IMG/VR virus record: IMGVR_UViG_3300035659_000001
Source of the DNA: a virus
Lineage: Duplodnaviria > Heunggongvirae > Uroviricota > Caudoviricetes
Length of the DNA stretch: 64,000 nt
Direction: 5' to 3' (one strand)
Positions 51,071 through 60,033 of this stretch are shown in pieces. How positions within the stretch are numbered: position 1 is the stretch's first letter; each line of letters opens with the position of its first letter. Under the pieces are notes generated by a model. That model was not told the DNA's origin. It saw only the letters and a list, made by a program, of their open reading frames with translations, and made no database searches. Both the position numbers and the translations under genes were made by a program.

Positions 51071-52264
51071 ATGGAGGTAATTATGAACTTATGTAAATGT
51101 GGTAGAGAATTTTCAAATAATGGTGCATTTCAATCTCATATTAAAGTTTGTGATCACAAAATAGATTTTAATAAAATAAGAGAATTGTATAATAGTGGAT
51201 TACTAATATCACAAATTATGAGATTATGTTGCTGCAGCAAAACAGTTGTATACTATGCTATAAAGAATGAAGCTAAAAGATCTAAATCTGATATAGCAAT
51301 ACTAGCTCATAAAGACATGAATAGACGATCAATTAAAATTAATTGCAAGGTTTGCGAAATTTGTAATAGATCAATAAGTGTATACAATTTTAAACGGCAT
51401 TATGATTCTCATATTCTTGAAAAAAATTATACTGCAGAACAATTAAAAATAAGATGTCTTTATGATGATGAAAATTCTATACATGATATACTTAAAATGG
51501 GATATGCTAGATCATTAGTAAGAAAAACATTGCATGGACATAGAAGATGTATATCTGAAGCCGGCAAATTAGCTCATAAAACAAAAACTGATAGTTTTAA
51601 ACTTAATGAAATAGCAAAAGATAAAATTCGTAAAGCACGATTAAGATATTTGAAAGAACATCCCGAGGACACAGCTTGGAGAACAAAAAACATATCTTAT
51701 CCAGAAAAAATTTTTAAAAATATAATTGAAAATAATAATTTAACAAAACAATATGATGTAGTCAGAGAATATTCAGTGTTTCCGTATTTTATAGACTTTG
51801 CTTTTGTAAATATTAAATTAGCAGTTGAAATTGATGGATCTCAACATTGGTTAAAAGAAAGTAAAATTAAAAGAGATAAAGAAAAAACTGATCATCTTAT
51901 ATTAAAAGGTTGGAAAATATATAGAATACCTGAATTTAAATTGAAAAAAGAGTTTGAAGAGACTAAACTGCAATTTTTACAACATTTAAAATCAATTGAT
52001 GTACAACCTAAACTATTTACATTTGACAATGAAATTATTGAATATGAAAAAATAAAACAGCAAAAAAGATTACAAAAAGAATTACAACAACAAAAAAGGC
52101 ATAACTTGCAGCAATTAATAATAAATAATCGAATTATGGATGTGAAAAAAAATGGTCAAGATTGGGGTTATATTTCTAAATTGTCTAAGTTATGGAATGT
52201 TTCTCATACACAAGTTCGAAGATTTTTAGAAAAATATTGTCCTGAAATGTATTTTGTGAGTTAA
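51071..52264 (+). CDS. DUF559/Vsr-like homing endonuclease
   Basis: SYPE, REY...YFIDFAF...LAVEIDGSQH, RD...GWKIYRI. Confidence 0.8.
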   Translation: MEVIMNLCKCGREFSNNGAFQSHIKVCDHKIDFNKIRELYNSGLLISQIMRLCCCSKTVVYYAIKNEAKRSKSDIAILAHKDMNRRSIKINCKVCEICNRSISVYNFKRHYDSHILEKNYTAEQLKIRCLYDDENSIHDILKMGYARSLVRKTLHGHRRCISEAGKLAHKTKTDSFKLNEIAKDKIRKARLRYLKEHPEDTAWRTKNISYPEKIFKNIIENNNLTKQYDVVREYSVFPYFIDFAFVNIKLAVEIDGSQHWLKESKIKRDKEKTDHLILKGWKIYRIPEFKLKKEFEETKLQFLQHLKSIDVQPKLFTFDNEIIEYEKIKQQKRLQKELQQQKRHNLQQLIINNRIMDVKKNGQDWGYISKLSKLWNVSHTQVRRFLEKYCPEMYFVS

Positions 52265-52318
52265 CTTTTAACAAGGAGGTCTTATGCGGCATTAATTACT
52301 TAAACAAAGGAGTATGAG

Positions 52319-52579
52319 ATGTCACATAGTTTTCGTGCGCCATGGTTCGTCGATGGGTACGGATCAACACGTAAAAAATGGCAAAAACGGTATGCAAACA
52401 AAAGAGTTCGTAAAACTCTTGATGTACCAAATGGCAAAGCATATCGAAAAATTACTGACCCATGGAATATCGTAGATTATCGTTTCAGTTGGAATGCTCA
52501 TCCTATTTATTACTTTTCTTTTAACGGAGAAATGAAGGTCATCGAACCTACGCCTAAATGGAAAGCAATAAGAAAATAA
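52319..52579 (+). CDS. basic hypothetical phage protein
   Basis: KR.ANK.VR...G..Y.K....W.I.D. Confidence 0.65.
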   Translation: MSHSFRAPWFVDGYGSTRKKWQKRYANKRVRKTLDVPNGKAYRKITDPWNIVDYRFSWNAHPIYYFSFNGEMKVIEPTPKWKAIRK

Positions 52580-52584
52580 TTTAT

Positions 52585-52675
52585 ATGTCAGAGGCTACTA
52601 TCGGTTGTGTAGCAACAGTCTGTAAAACTGTTCTCATTTGAGTAAACATTGGAAGTTCGACTCTTCCCTGACATA
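52585..52675 (+). tRNA. tRNA-Tyr(GUA)
   Basis: ACAGT-CTGTAAA-ACTGT, long variable arm, GGAAG-TTCGACT-CTTCC; acceptor/D junction atypical. Confidence 0.78.
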
Positions 52676-52686
52676 TTTGTAAACTC

Positions 52687-53082
52687 TTGATATTTTTTAT
52701 AGAAAACAATATGATTTTATTACATGAAGATAAACAAAAAATTAGAGAACTATATCAGTCAGGGTTATTAAATAAAGATATAGCCAAATTAGGTTATAAT
52801 GATAGACAAATAAGCAAGGCAATTAAAGATATTAGACGAAGTAGACATCAAACATTACTAATATCTTATGCTAAAAACAATAGAAAGAATGTTTTAAATT
52901 CTTTTACATTAAAAAATAGATGTGATAAATGTAATAAATTTTTTAATAAAGGTAATTTTGATCGACATACATGCATTAGTGATAAAATAATCGACGAAAT
53001 TTATAGTTTATATAAATCAGGTTTGTCTCATAGAGACATTAAAAAACTCGGATATAACAATCAATCAATGCTAAACCTATAA
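52687..53082 (+). pseudogene. N-terminal part of a homing endonuclease (paralogous to 51071 and 54660), truncated
   Basis: IRELY.SG..., CDKC.K.F...NF.RH.C repeats; no nuclease domain. Confidence 0.65.
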
Positions 53083-53198
53083 TTGATGAGCAAACGAATA
53101 AACTATCTGAAACTATTAATAGTGGTAAATATGATGATCTTGGCAATATTGCCGCTGAGTTTGATTGGCGTTTACACTCAAAATTAACTATAGATTCT

Positions 53199-54071
53199 TT
53201 GAATGATCCAAAAAGCATAGCTGCTAATTTGAAAAAATATATCGCTAATAAATCTAGTTATGAAACAGATAGTAGAATTCGTAATGAATGGCGCGAAGAA
53301 CATCCTATAGGTACAAACACTGAACCTTTTAGTGGTGGTGTTGAAGAAGAAGATGAACAGGAAATAGAAAAACATGTGAAGGTTAGTCCTAAATTAGTTA
53401 AAGACTTTATAGATGCAATGTCTAAACATTTTCAAGCAGTTGATGAACATAAACAAAAATATGACGAATTTACAAAAACTGAAGAGTTTAAACAAACAAA
53501 TAAAAAGGCGCTTATTCAGCAAAGTTTGAAACGCGGTATAAGTTATGACAAGAATAAATTTAAATTAACATCAAAAGGTATCAAACCTACTGATCCAATT
53601 GCTAAAACTTTTAAAGCTAGTTTTAATTATCCTGAAGTTACTGATGATGATACACCAGAATCTTATGCTAAAAAGTTGCAAGAACGTTTAGATTTAGTTT
53701 CTGGAAAAATACCTGCGCCTAAACATGAAGCTTCTGGCTCATTTTATGATTGGGGACAAGCTGTTGATTGGGGTGATGATACATCTTCAGAACTATTTAC
53801 ATTAGATCCAGATAATGCAAATGATTTGGCTGATCAATTAGATGAAATATCTAAATTAATAACTAAGAGTCCAAATGCAACTAGTCAATCAGATAATGAT
53901 ATATCTATAGATCTGTATGATCCAACTATAGATGACGCACAGCCAACTGAAAATAACACAATTGGTAGCTTTACTATTGATATTACAAAAACAGATCCTC
54001 AATATTATAAAGATGCAGCTGTTATGGTCAGAAAATATAAAGATTTTGCTTTTGACACTGAGATAGATTAA
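53199..54071 (+). CDS. acidic hypothetical protein, probably 5'-truncated
   Basis: Frame stays open upstream to ~53060 with no ATG or RBS. Confidence 0.6.
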   Translation: MNDPKSIAANLKKYIANKSSYETDSRIRNEWREEHPIGTNTEPFSGGVEEEDEQEIEKHVKVSPKLVKDFIDAMSKHFQAVDEHKQKYDEFTKTEEFKQTNKKALIQQSLKRGISYDKNKFKLTSKGIKPTDPIAKTFKASFNYPEVTDDDTPESYAKKLQERLDLVSGKIPAPKHEASGSFYDWGQAVDWGDDTSSELFTLDPDNANDLADQLDEISKLITKSPNATSQSDNDISIDLYDPTIDDAQPTENNTIGSFTIDITKTDPQYYKDAAVMVRKYKDFAFDTEID

Positions 54072-54077
54072 TATTTA

Positions 54078-54112
54078 AATTCCATGTGAACTATAAATGT
54101 TCACATGGAATT
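54078..54112. terminator. 14-bp stem hairpin
   Basis: AATTCCATGTGAAC-TATAAAT-GTTCACATGGAATT. Confidence 0.55.
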
Positions 54113-54190
54113 ATGATGCACATTTTTCTACTATAAAATCTACATTACTTTCGTCTAAATCTACATTACTTCAATATTTCAAAAATACAC

Positions 54191-54278
54191 TGCGCAGTCC
54201 AGTAGCCTGGTTAGCTGGGGAGCCTCATAAGCTTCTGGTCCCATAAGGACCTCGTCGGTTCAAATCCGACCTGCGCTA
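54191..54278 (+). tRNA. tRNA(CAU), Met/fMet-like, with long variable arm
   Basis: GGAGC-CTCATAA-GCTTC; 1:72 mismatch; extra arm GGTCC-CATAA-GGACC. Confidence 0.75.
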
Positions 54279-54287
54279 TTTATTCAT

Positions 54288-54447
54288 GTCTCTGTGGCAT
54301 AGAGGATGTGCACCAGAAAAAACGGAGCTGGCACTTTAAAAGAGACAATAGACATTTTCTTTTTGTAGATTTTTATGTGCGGCAGGAATCGCGTTTCCTA
54401 ATGGAATATTTATTATTGTTACGTGAGTTCGATTCTCACCAGAGACA
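54288..54447 (+). ncRNA. tRNA-like RNA with a ~110-nt segment in place of the anticodon arm
   Basis: GTCTCTG/CAGAGAC acceptor, GCAT/GTGC D-stem, GTGAG-TTCGATT-CTCAC T-arm. Confidence 0.65.
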
Positions 54448-54457
54448 AAAATCATAA

Positions 54458-54537
54458 GCCCTAATGGAGGAATTGGAAGACTCGCAACTTTTAGAAAGTT
54501 GTGCGAAAGCGTGTAGGTTCAAGTCCTACTTGGGGCA
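54458..54537 (+). tRNA. tRNA-Leu(UAG)
   Basis: CAACT-TTTAGAA-AGTTG; variable arm. Confidence 0.9.
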
Positions 54538-54659
54538 ATATATTCAAAGTAAAATTGATGAAAAAATTAGTATAAAATTTAAGCTCAAGCAGCGGAAAGC
54601 AGATACAAGGTAAAAATGTTTCTAATTCTGATATTGAGTATTTTATGAAATGAAATTTT

Positions 54660-55811
54660 ATGAATAAAATTATGTGCGATAAATGTAAGAAGTCATTTAG
54701 TAAGTCAAATTTTAGTAGACATGTTTGCCCTAGTGATGATGATATTAACAATATTAGAAACTTATATAGTGCAGGCTTAACTTTAAGACAAGTTAAAAGA
54801 AAAGGATATTCGAGACATTTGATTGATTATGCGTTAAAAGATTGTTGCACATCTCTAAGCAGAGCAATGACGCTTTCTCATAAAAATAAGCCTCGTAAAT
54901 TATCAGATACAACAAAAGAGAAAATACGTCAAAAACAAGTGGCATATTTAAAATTAAAAACAAGAGAAACAGCAATTGAACGTAGGCAAAAAGGAAAAAT
55001 GAGTTATGGAGAACAATGGTTGCATGATTTATTTGTTAAAAATGATATTTATAAAAAATATGATGTTGTAAATGAGTATTGTGAGTATCCATATTTTTTG
55101 GATTTCGCTTTTATAAACGAAAAAGTAGATGTTGAATTTGATGGTAATTGGCATTTTGTAAAAAGTGGTCAAGATCATGATAGAAAGCGCGATGAATATT
55201 TACAACAAAAAGGTTGGAGAATATATAGAATAGCTCATCATGAAATTAAAAACTTTAATTTACAATTATTAATTGAATTTATAGGAAATGCAAATAAGAA
55301 AAAACATTCTTATGAATTAATTAAATATTGTGATCTTCGCAAAGAAAAGAAATTACAAAACATAAAGAAAAAGCAACAAAAAAAACAACAAAAATTTCAA
55401 GAAAAACAAAAGAGAAAAATTAATGCAAAAAATATTAAAAAAAGTTTAATTGAGTATAAAGAATTAATTATACAACAATCAATAAACAATGTATTTAAAT
55501 CAAACATTGATTTTTCAAAATTTGGTTGGGTGAATAAAGTTGCTAAAATAATAGGACAACATCCACAAAAAGTTAATAAATGGATGAAAAAATATATGTT
55601 TAGTTTTTATAAAACTAAATGCTTTAAAAAAGTAAAACATAACAAGACAATAACAGATGTGATTCTAAATCAAATAATAGATGATTACAAAAACAATGTC
55701 GCTTTATATCAGATTTGTCAAAAATATAATTTAGGTAGTAAAAAAATTAATAGATTACTATTAAATAACAATATTAATCTTAGAAAAAAAGGATATAATT
55801 TTACACGATAA
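54660..55811 (+). CDS. DUF559/Vsr-like homing endonuclease
   Basis: SYGE, NEY...YFLDFAF...VEFDG.WH, DRKRD...GWRIYRI. Confidence 0.8.
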   Translation: MNKIMCDKCKKSFSKSNFSRHVCPSDDDINNIRNLYSAGLTLRQVKRKGYSRHLIDYALKDCCTSLSRAMTLSHKNKPRKLSDTTKEKIRQKQVAYLKLKTRETAIERRQKGKMSYGEQWLHDLFVKNDIYKKYDVVNEYCEYPYFLDFAFINEKVDVEFDGNWHFVKSGQDHDRKRDEYLQQKGWRIYRIAHHEIKNFNLQLLIEFIGNANKKKHSYELIKYCDLRKEKKLQNIKKKQQKKQQKFQEKQKRKINAKNIKKSLIEYKELIIQQSINNVFKSNIDFSKFGWVNKVAKIIGQHPQKVNKWMKKYMFSFYKTKCFKKVKHNKTITDVILNQIIDDYKNNVALYQICQKYNLGSKKINRLLLNNNINLRKKGYNFTR

Positions 55812-55835
55812 ATGTTCTCTTAAGTTGTACAAAAC

Positions 55836-55860
55836 AGAAGTTCAACTCTTCTCAATCCCA
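55836..55860 (+). pseudogene. tRNA 3' remnant (T-arm plus acceptor 3' strand)
   Basis: AGAAG-TTCAACT-CTTCT-CAATCCC-A with no 5' half. Confidence 0.5.
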
Positions 55861-55865
55861 TTCAA

Positions 55866-55949
55866 GCTCGCGTGACGCAACAGGCAGACGTAACAAACTT
55901 AAAATTTGTCGACCAAACGGTCATACCAGTTCAATTCTGGTCGCGAGTA
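55866..55949 (+). tRNA. tRNA-Leu(UAA)
   Basis: ACAAA-CTTAAAA-TTTGT; variable arm. Confidence 0.9.
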
Positions 55950-55957
55950 TGTTTCTT

Positions 55958-56041
55958 GCTAAGATGGCGGAATTGGCATACGCTCTATGTTCACCATAGT
56001 CCTCTTCAAAGAGGGTAAGAGTTCAAGTCTCTTTCTTAGCA
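55958..56041 (+). tRNA. tRNA-Leu-like with a 5-nt anticodon loop (TTCAC)
   Basis: Leu-type D-arm, variable arm and A73; CTATG-TTCAC-CATAG. Confidence 0.65.
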
Positions 56042-56050
56042 TTTATTACA

Positions 56051-56152
56051 TTAAGGTGAGAGACAGTGGGCGGTCAGTCCACTCGTGGATAAAAGGAAAC
56101 TTTCCGAAAGGTTCCATCGGTCGTCTAACTACGTAAGACACTCACCTGTTAA
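56051..56152 (+). ncRNA. circularly permuted tRNA-like RNA (YrlA/Y-RNA-like topology)
   Basis: AGGTGAG/CTCACCT closing stem encloses a T-like arm, a looped acceptor-like stem and a D-like arm, in that order. Confidence 0.55.
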
Positions 56153-56163
56153 AATTCATTTTT

Positions 56164-56238
56164 GGGCCCGTAGCTCAGTTTAGTAGCAGCATTTCACTTT
56201 TAATGAAAGGGTCGACAGTGCAAATCTGTCCGGGCTCA
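56164..56238 (+). tRNA. tRNA-Lys(UUU)
   Basis: TTTCA-CTTTTAA-TGAAA; T-loop TGCAAAT. Confidence 0.88.
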
Positions 56239-56324
56239 TTATTCAAGTTTCTCGTCTTCCGCAATTACAAGTAGGTTCAAGTTCACACAGATAATATTCA
56301 TTTGATAATTCGATAACACGTAAA

Positions 56325-56407
56325 GGAGTGTTAGCATAACTGGTAATGCACCTGATTTGAGATCAGGCGCCCGAAAGGGCTTGTGGGTTCGAGTCCTACA
56401 CTCTCCG
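56325..56407 (+). tRNA. tRNA-Ser(UGA)
   Basis: CCTGA-TTTGAGA-TCAGG; variable arm; G73. Confidence 0.9.
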
Positions 56408-56431
56408 TTATTACATGTTCAAAGGATTCAA

Positions 56432-56932
56432 ATGATTTGGCATGAAAATGAAGAATTACTTAAAAAGCTTGTAATCGAATCTAGATCTTATGCTCAATTA
56501 TTAAGAAAAATTGGTTTGCGAGATTCTGGATGCAATTATCTTACATTAAAAAGAGCGTTATTAAAATTTGGAATTGAATTTATAGCTGCTAATGAAAAAG
56601 TCATTTCAAAAAAAATGACGATGGAAGAAATATTAGTTGAAAATTCAACTTATGCAAATACTAAAACACTTAAACTGCGACTACTTAAAGACCACTATTT
56701 TGAATATAAATGTTACAGTTGTAATAATACTAAATGGTTAGGAAAGAAAATACCTTTACAATTAGAACATATAAATGGCTGTAGAACTGATAATAGATTA
56801 AAAAATTTATCTTTACTTTGTCCTAATTGTCATGCTCAAACAGAAACATATTGCGGTAAAAATAAAGGTAAATATAAACATTTTATGATTCTAAAAGACA
56901 ATAGATACAATGAATTGCAAGAAAAAAAATAG
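56432..56932 (+). CDS. HNH homing endonuclease (C-terminal part continues in the -1 frame)
   Basis: CYSC...LQLEHING...DNRL.NL..LCPNCH; start moved downstream of tRNA-Ser. Confidence 0.85.
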   Translation: MIWHENEELLKKLVIESRSYAQLLRKIGLRDSGCNYLTLKRALLKFGIEFIAANEKVISKKMTMEEILVENSTYANTKTLKLRLLKDHYFEYKCYSCNNTKWLGKKIPLQLEHINGCRTDNRLKNLSLLCPNCHAQTETYCGKNKGKYKHFMILKDNRYNELQEKK

Positions 56933-57160
56933 AAAAGAAATTAGAAAGAAAAGAAAAACGATTAAGACAACAAGAAGAAGCATTGGTAAGACAAACTGAA
57001 AAATCAAAATTGAATGAAAAGCAATTATTAATAAATAAAAGAATTGAAGATGTAAAACGTGTTGGTCAAAAATGGGGATATATTTCAGAATTATCTGGTT
57101 TATGGAATATTTCACATACATCTGTTAGAAGATTTCTAGAAAGACATTGTCCGGATTTAT
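56929..57160 (+). pseudogene. frameshifted C-terminal module of the HNH gene
   Basis: WGYISELSGLWNISHTSVRRFLERHCP matches the C-terminus of 51071-52264. Confidence 0.65.
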
Positions 57161-57608
57161 TCCCTCTTTTAAATATAATAATTATGTGTTTGTATCTAAA
57201 AGAAACATTGATAAGCGCGATATAAGTTTTAATAGTTTTGTACAAACTTGTCTTGACATAGGCTACAGTGATTTTCTTTTAAGTAATGTAGAAGAATTAC
57301 AAGTTCATTATATAGGTAACTGCAAACCCTCAGTTGATACGCCCATACAGTTATTGTTGTATCAATACTATAAACATATAAGATTTATGATTCATTCGCA
57401 TACGTATATAAAAAATGCATCGTTTACACATGAAATTATACCTTGTGGTGCTATTGATGAATTTTATGAAATCATCAAGATATTTCCTGATTATACTCTT
57501 ACTAATATACAACTTAATTTAAAAGGTCATGGTTCAATTGTAATGGTAAGACATTTAGAAGACTTAAGAAACATTCAATATATACCACGAATAATTCCGG
57601 AAATTTAA
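57147..57608 (+). CDS. class II aldolase/adducin-like protein, probably 5'-truncated
   Basis: KPSVD, MIHSH, PCG..E, LKGHG. Confidence 0.55.
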   Translation: MSGFIPSFKYNNYVFVSKRNIDKRDISFNSFVQTCLDIGYSDFLLSNVEELQVHYIGNCKPSVDTPIQLLLYQYYKHIRFMIHSHTYIKNASFTHEIIPCGAIDEFYEIIKIFPDYTLTNIQLNLKGHGSIVMVRHLEDLRNIQYIPRIIPEI

Positions 57609-57830
57609 AATGAAAAATTGTGATGAACACGAAATGTTTGTAATGAAGGGCTGTTTTCCAGCTGAGTTTCTTAGATCAATAGGCATGATTGAAGCAGAAA
57701 TTCCTACATAACGAAGAAATTCGTGGTATTCAAGCTTTGCCTGATGGACCAATTAGCATTAAGCTTTTAGAACGTTTTCAACAAGGAAGTCAATGATGAT
57801 TAAAGACTTAATGGAAGAGGAAGATAAATA

Positions 57831-58592
57831 GTGCTAATGAAAAAATCTAAACTTTATATTAAAAAGATAATTATAAAAAGTAAAAAACATTATGGAATAA
57901 TTTATTGTGCTGAAAATAAGATTAATAAAAAGAAATATATCGGACAAACTATTTTGTCTTTAGAAAAAAGAAAAGCGAAACATGAAAAAAGAAGCAAGTC
58001 AATATACCCTTTTCATAGAGCTTTAATTAAATATGGTAATGACGCTTTTATTTGGTCTGTATTAAAAAAATGTAAAAGTTTAAACGATCTAAATAAAAAA
58101 GAAATTTATTTTATAAAAAAATTTAAAATTAGAGAATTTGGTTATAACCTTGCTCCGGGAGGAAATGGATTTATTCCAGAGAAACATAGCAAAAAACATT
58201 CTATTAGAAGCAGAGAAAAAATTAGTTTAGCTGTTCAAAAGTCATTAAAAAATCCTATTACTAAATTAAGAAAAGCAATAGCAACAAAAAGATACTGGTT
58301 AAAGCCTGAGTCTCATGAGAAATTAAGTAAAGCTATTAAAAAACTATGGCAAAACAAGGATTATCAAGATAAGATAACTCGATCGCAGTCTGAAAGGTTT
58401 AAAAAGTTATGGCAAACTGATGATTATAGAATGAAACAAGCTGAACTACACAAACAAAGATGGTTAAATAAAGCTGACGCTGAAAAAATGTTGCGAGGAT
58501 TTAAAACTCAATTTAAAGACCCAAAAAATCGTGAAAAACAAAGTAAAAGATTAAAAGAATATTGGATAAGAAAAAAAGGAAAAATAGAATGA
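57831..58592 (+). CDS. GIY-YIG (Seg-like) homing endonuclease
   Basis: GIIY..ENKIN.K.YIGQT, R...H, E..FI, GYNL..GG. Confidence 0.88.
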   Translation: MLMKKSKLYIKKIIIKSKKHYGIIYCAENKINKKKYIGQTILSLEKRKAKHEKRSKSIYPFHRALIKYGNDAFIWSVLKKCKSLNDLNKKEIYFIKKFKIREFGYNLAPGGNGFIPEKHSKKHSIRSREKISLAVQKSLKNPITKLRKAIATKRYWLKPESHEKLSKAIKKLWQNKDYQDKITRSQSERFKKLWQTDDYRMKQAELHKQRWLNKADAEKMLRGFKTQFKDPKNREKQSKRLKEYWIRKKGKIE

Positions 58593-58795
58593 ATGTTTTC
58601 TTAGGAAGTATATTTAATTTTATTGAAAATCAAAAATTAGATGGCATAATGAATGCAGCAAATGGCATTGGAGTAATGGGTGCAGGGATTGCCGGTGCAA
58701 TTAAAAATGCAGGAGGATATGAAATTCAAGCTGATGCTTTTCATGTTTGTAAGAAATTAGATCTTAATTTCAAGTTGTGTAGTTCCTCAATGTAA
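58589..58795 (+). pseudogene. macrodomain N-terminal fragment
   Basis: GIMNAANGIGVMGAGIAGAIKNAGG; similarity ends ~58760. Confidence 0.75.
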
Positions 58796-58966
58796 ACTAG
58801 CTTTTTCTGGTCAAGAAATACCATTTAAAGTTTCATATTCTGACAATAAATTATTTTTCTCTTATTTTGCTAAAACAAATAAGCATGAATATTTAATTAC
58901 AATATCACAAGATACAGTATTTAAGACTTTTATAGACTCTAGTCATTCCGAGAAAGGAAATGAAAA

Positions 58967-59158
58967 ATGGAAGCATATCAAGAGCGAGTAGTTTTAGAGA
59001 AAAATGAACTTGACGAGAAAATCAGTAAGCTGTCTACTTTTATTAGTTCGGAAAAGTTTTCGAGCGTAAAAGAAGACGAAGTCAATCGTCTTAGGAATCA
59101 GCTTTCTATTATGATTGATTATTCAAATATTCTTGGCGAAAGAATCTCAAACTTTTAA
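58967..59158 (+). CDS. crAss001_48-like small coiled-coil phage protein
   Basis: YQERVV.E..ELD.KI.KL..FI...L..QL..M..YS.IL.ERI. Confidence 0.7.
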   Translation: MEAYQERVVLEKNELDEKISKLSTFISSEKFSSVKEDEVNRLRNQLSIMIDYSNILGERISNF

Positions 59159-59540
59159 ACCGAAGAGGCGCAACGGGATAAAAAAGATTGTAGTTCAAAA
59201 CGTCAAGCCTTTGGCGGACGTTGTATGCCATAATTTTTCATCTGGAGATTATATGCCCGCCGAAGAGTTCTATCAACCGAATGAGTCAGGATCATTTACT
59301 TATGTTTTACAAAACAATAAATTAGCAAAGATAAGTATTGTTGATATCATAAACAAGCAACAAGAATCTTTTGAGATTAATTCTATACAAATTGAAAAGT
59401 AATAATTATTTTATAATTTCTAAAATAATACATGGTAGTGATTATCGGAAGTGCTCTTGGAGTTGTCTAGTTGTAAATAGAAACGTTGAAGAGAGAAGTT
59501 ACTTTTGTAACGATCAATAATTAGCAAATATTGTACTCTT

Positions 59541-59573
59541 AGTGGTCAATGATCATAATGGTTATTGACCACT
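59541..59573. terminator. hairpin just upstream of the leader peptide
   Basis: AGTGGTCAATGATC-ATAAT-GGTTATTGACCACT. Confidence 0.5.
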
Positions 59574-59594
59574 TAATTTAACAAAAAGGATTGT

Positions 59595-59708
59595 ATGAGT
59601 TTCATTATTCGATTTTTACTTGAAGCATTTGCAACATCTGTTGTACTAGCCACAATTGCAACGTTTGCTATTACAGTGATTAATACAAGGAGATCACATA
59701 GAACTTAG
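59595..59708 (+). CDS. putative attenuator leader peptide (Ile/Thr/Ala/Arg-rich, 37 aa)
   Basis: AAGGA RBS; MSFIIRFLLEAFATSVVLATIATFAITVINTRRSHRT*. Confidence 0.65.
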   Translation: MSFIIRFLLEAFATSVVLATIATFAITVINTRRSHRT

Positions 59709-59769
59709 AGGTCAACTAAATACAAGGAAATATTTAAAGGGCCTCTAAAATGATTTAGGGGCCCTTTTT
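59705..59769 (+). promoter_or_regulatory. attenuator (antiterminator/terminator pair)
   Basis: Terminator AAAGGGCCTCTAAA-ATGA-TTTAGGGGCCCTTTTT; TTAGAGGTC (59705-13) can pair with GGCCTCTAA (59740-48). Confidence 0.7.
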
Positions 59770-59781
59770 ATTTGGTAAGGT

Positions 59782-59964
59782 ATGAAATATATGGAAAAAT
59801 TAATAGCTTTATTCTTGATATTACTGAATTGTTCTAGTAGTTTAGAGATAATAACCGATTCTATCCGAAATGTTCAAGAAATTAAAAGCAAAAAACAAAT
59901 TGTTAGAATAGATTCGACAATTGTTGATGGCAAAAAATTCTATGACGTACATTATAGGAACTAA
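59782..59964 (+). CDS. small lipoprotein-like protein
   Basis: LIALFLILLNC. Confidence 0.5.
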   Translation: MKYMEKLIALFLILLNCSSSLEIITDSIRNVQEIKSKKQIVRIDSTIVDGKKFYDVHYRN

Positions 59965-60033
59965 ATTATTATGACTTATTTGCTTGAAACAAAATTTTTA
60001 CAATATGATACGTTTACTGTTTAAGGAGCATGT

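Noticed and set aside
54321-54329. AACGGAGCT in the tRNA-like RNA is complementary to the 49668-49676 terminator arm (trans-antitermination)
   Set aside because: A single 9-nt match can arise by chance in 64 kb; no other support.
54540-54660. Attenuator for the Leu/Lys/Ser tRNA cluster
   Set aside because: Only a 5-codon ORF (MKKLV) and no terminator hairpin.
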